A DNA stretch of 30,482 nucleotides from Chlorokybus atmophyticus (lineage: Eukaryota > Plantae > Mesostigma and Chlorokybus algae), in assembly GCA_009103225.1 (NCBI GenBank), contig RHPI01001516.1, positions 1 through 30,482 of the forward strand, written 5' to 3'. Below the pieces are notes generated by a model, which worked only from the letters and a program-made list of their open reading frames with translations, made no database searches and was not told where the DNA came from. Shown piece after piece: positions 28,153 to 30,482 of this stretch. Within the stretch, counting starts at the first letter, position 1. Every line of letters starts with the position of its first letter. A program made the translations under genes and the position numbers.

Positions 28153-30482
28153 GTATCAGTGGATGTATCAGTTCTGAACTGAGAAGCTGGGCTGGAGGAG
28201 CTTGGCTGACGAATTTTGCCTCGTGATTTTTGGCGGACATGTGTTGACAGGCCTTTTTGTAGTTGGCTTGGCTGTTTTTTTTTGTATCGTTCTGCATTGT
28301 AGGGGCATTGAGTCATTCATTCATTCAGTCATTCATTTGCACTGTAGTTGGTAGCTTGTGTATATACGTTTCATCGGTGCCATTGTTGATTGATTATCAA
28401 TCAAGCATTCTTTCTGCTCTACTTTTGTCTCCCTGTCGCGAATGTTTACCTGACTACTTGAATATTGCATTGCCATGGTTCTGCTGCTGTGTGTGCAACT
28501 TACTTTGTGGTAATGACATATCGTAATGCAGTTGTGTGAAAATATGTGCCATGAAACTATTGCCCGTGCTGCTCGATAAATGCCAATCGTCATTGATGGC
28601 TGTCATGCTTCCATGCTGATATACATGCTTGTTGTACATATACCAGCTGAACATAGTCAAATCGTCCTGAGCATGCAGACAACATGTGTTGTTTTCTGAA
28701 GCAGGTATTTAAAGACGTGTCCTTGACTACCTTGGCGTGTGTGCTCTCTGGTACATGCAGTGTTGGTTGTGTAAACTGCAGCACCTCATGCAGCTTGGCA
28801 ACAGACATGCACACTCAGCACAACGCCTTAAACTGCATGCACACTTTAAGGCTGCGCGTGCGCGTACATGTTCTGCCAGCAGACACACACTTTTAAAAGC
28901 ACACGCAGTTATGCACCTAACAGTGGCTCGCACGCACACACGCACAGTTCTTGAGCACGCTTGCAAACGCATAGCGAGCTGCTACGAGCTGCGGCGTTCA
29001 CACACAACTACTACGGACCCACACAAACACACAGCCACAAGCAGTGACCAACTGACACACTCAACGATACCCACAGCAACTATGAACTGCACACTCAACA
29101 AACAGCCTACGAACAGGCACACACATACCCACACGCAGCCACAAACAGATGCACACATTGCAAAAAGTCTACATACTTCACTTGATACAGGTGTGTGTTT
29201 GGTTACTGAATGGTGCATTGTGTGTGGCATGGTAGGAGTGGGGGCTAGGTGGAAACAGATACATGACCATGTATCATCCTTCTCTTCAATGCCAGCACAA
29301 CACTACATCTGCATACACACTCAAGCTCCTTCTTTATGTGTCCTCCATCGCAGCCATGGCACACAAGTATTTCCCCTACATACGCAACAACAAGTACAAG
29401 GTGGGACTCATGTGGTTCCTTACGCCCCTGTGCCTACCGGGCCTGCTGTTACTATTCGCGCCCAGCGGCGAATACTGCGGGCCGAAACCGGGGTCGCCCT
29501 CTTTGTAGTAGTAACGACGCCGCATTTATAGGTATCTTCGTTTGATTTAGCTTTCAATTGGAGTGCTGTGTGTGATAAAATATTATTTGTTCGAAAGAGC
29601 TGGAGTTTCTAACGAGGAAGGTTGATAGTCCAGCAACCTGCAAGTGCTGTTACCATTTGTAATTAGGCACGCTCCTAGGGTGATTGTATTGAATTCCTTG
29701 TACATGTTTTCAGTTCATTTTTCTTAATGTACATAGTTGGGTCAATCACATTGGCTACCACCAATGCTCAATGCTTTGTTCACCCCTGGACACCACAGTT
29801 GCTGCAACATCTTGCTAATCCCATCCCAGAGACACGCATACGCACATGCTAGTTTTTGCTTGTTGACTACCATGGTGGTACCTGTCGTATGCAGTTTGAA
29901 GGCTAAACTCTTCGGTGTTGCGTGATGAAGGTAAATATTGTCTATGTTTCCACTACACACAACGGTGCACTTGGACAGTTCAGAGCTGGGCTACAAATAG
30001 GGGTGTTCTTGTAGTGTCCACAGGCATCCGTTTGCGAGTGCATTGCGTTCGCAACAACCTGAACACCCACACACTGCTGCAGCGCAATGAGGCCACATGC
30101 TTCACCATGCTGGGTCTTCATGATAATGATCATGATCAAGTCAAGGACTCTTTGTGTATTGCACAGCCGAACTATATGAATGCCAGTGTCGGTTTTACTT
30201 CGGGGCTTCTGCACTCTCTCACTGACGTGCCTTGTAAAAGCTCTTATCGTGCGCACATCACACGCGACAACGCACTCGTAGTTGTTGTTGTCACATATGC
30301 ATTGTGAGCAAAGCAGCCGCAATAAAAACGTTGGATACTTGATGCCACCCTCAACAGGCGAGAGAGAGCGTATCTTCTCAGAAGCTTATGGTTTTGAGAC
30401 TGGGGTCGTACGAGATGATTACTGTGAAGTTGAAGGGCAATGTGTAACAAACGTCATGCACACGCCATTTATGATGCGCACA

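Noticed and set aside
29447-29464. Possible right-hand TIR (reverse complement CTGGGCGCGAATAGTAAC vs left CAGGGACCTAATAGTAAC)
   Set aside because: Only about 13 of 18 bases match, there is no accompanying 53-bp array or TSD, and it is separated from the element by several unreliable joins.

Overview
Eukaryotic, TE-dense genomic DNA with short spliceosomal introns; a green-alga-like host is an inference. The assembly is poor: single-N joins, a 939-N gap, two ~1% divergent duplications and a 6.9-kb perfect (GA)n tract. From left to right: a decayed Ty3/Gypsy integrase relic with a C-terminal PHD finger (two copies), cut off by a palindromic 53-bp tandem array. Next comes a compact gene block of a 7-exon orphan gene (-), a Zn-finger/Pro-rich/OTU-deubiquitinase-like gene with lesions (+), a RING-finger ORF (+) and an intact spliced Cys-rich/Tudor/C5-cytosine DNA methyltransferase whose catalytic domain looks bacterial or phage-like (+). 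A frameshifted, spliced Plavaka-family transposase (-) follows, with its 5' exons interleaved with a dead Ty1/Copia pol. The main hypothesis is one giant (>14 kb) Plavaka DNA transposon carrying its own chromatin-modifying cargo (DNA methylase with reader domain, E3 ligase, deubiquitinase). Only one candidate terminus is visible. All domain calls are by-eye motif recognition; no searches were run.
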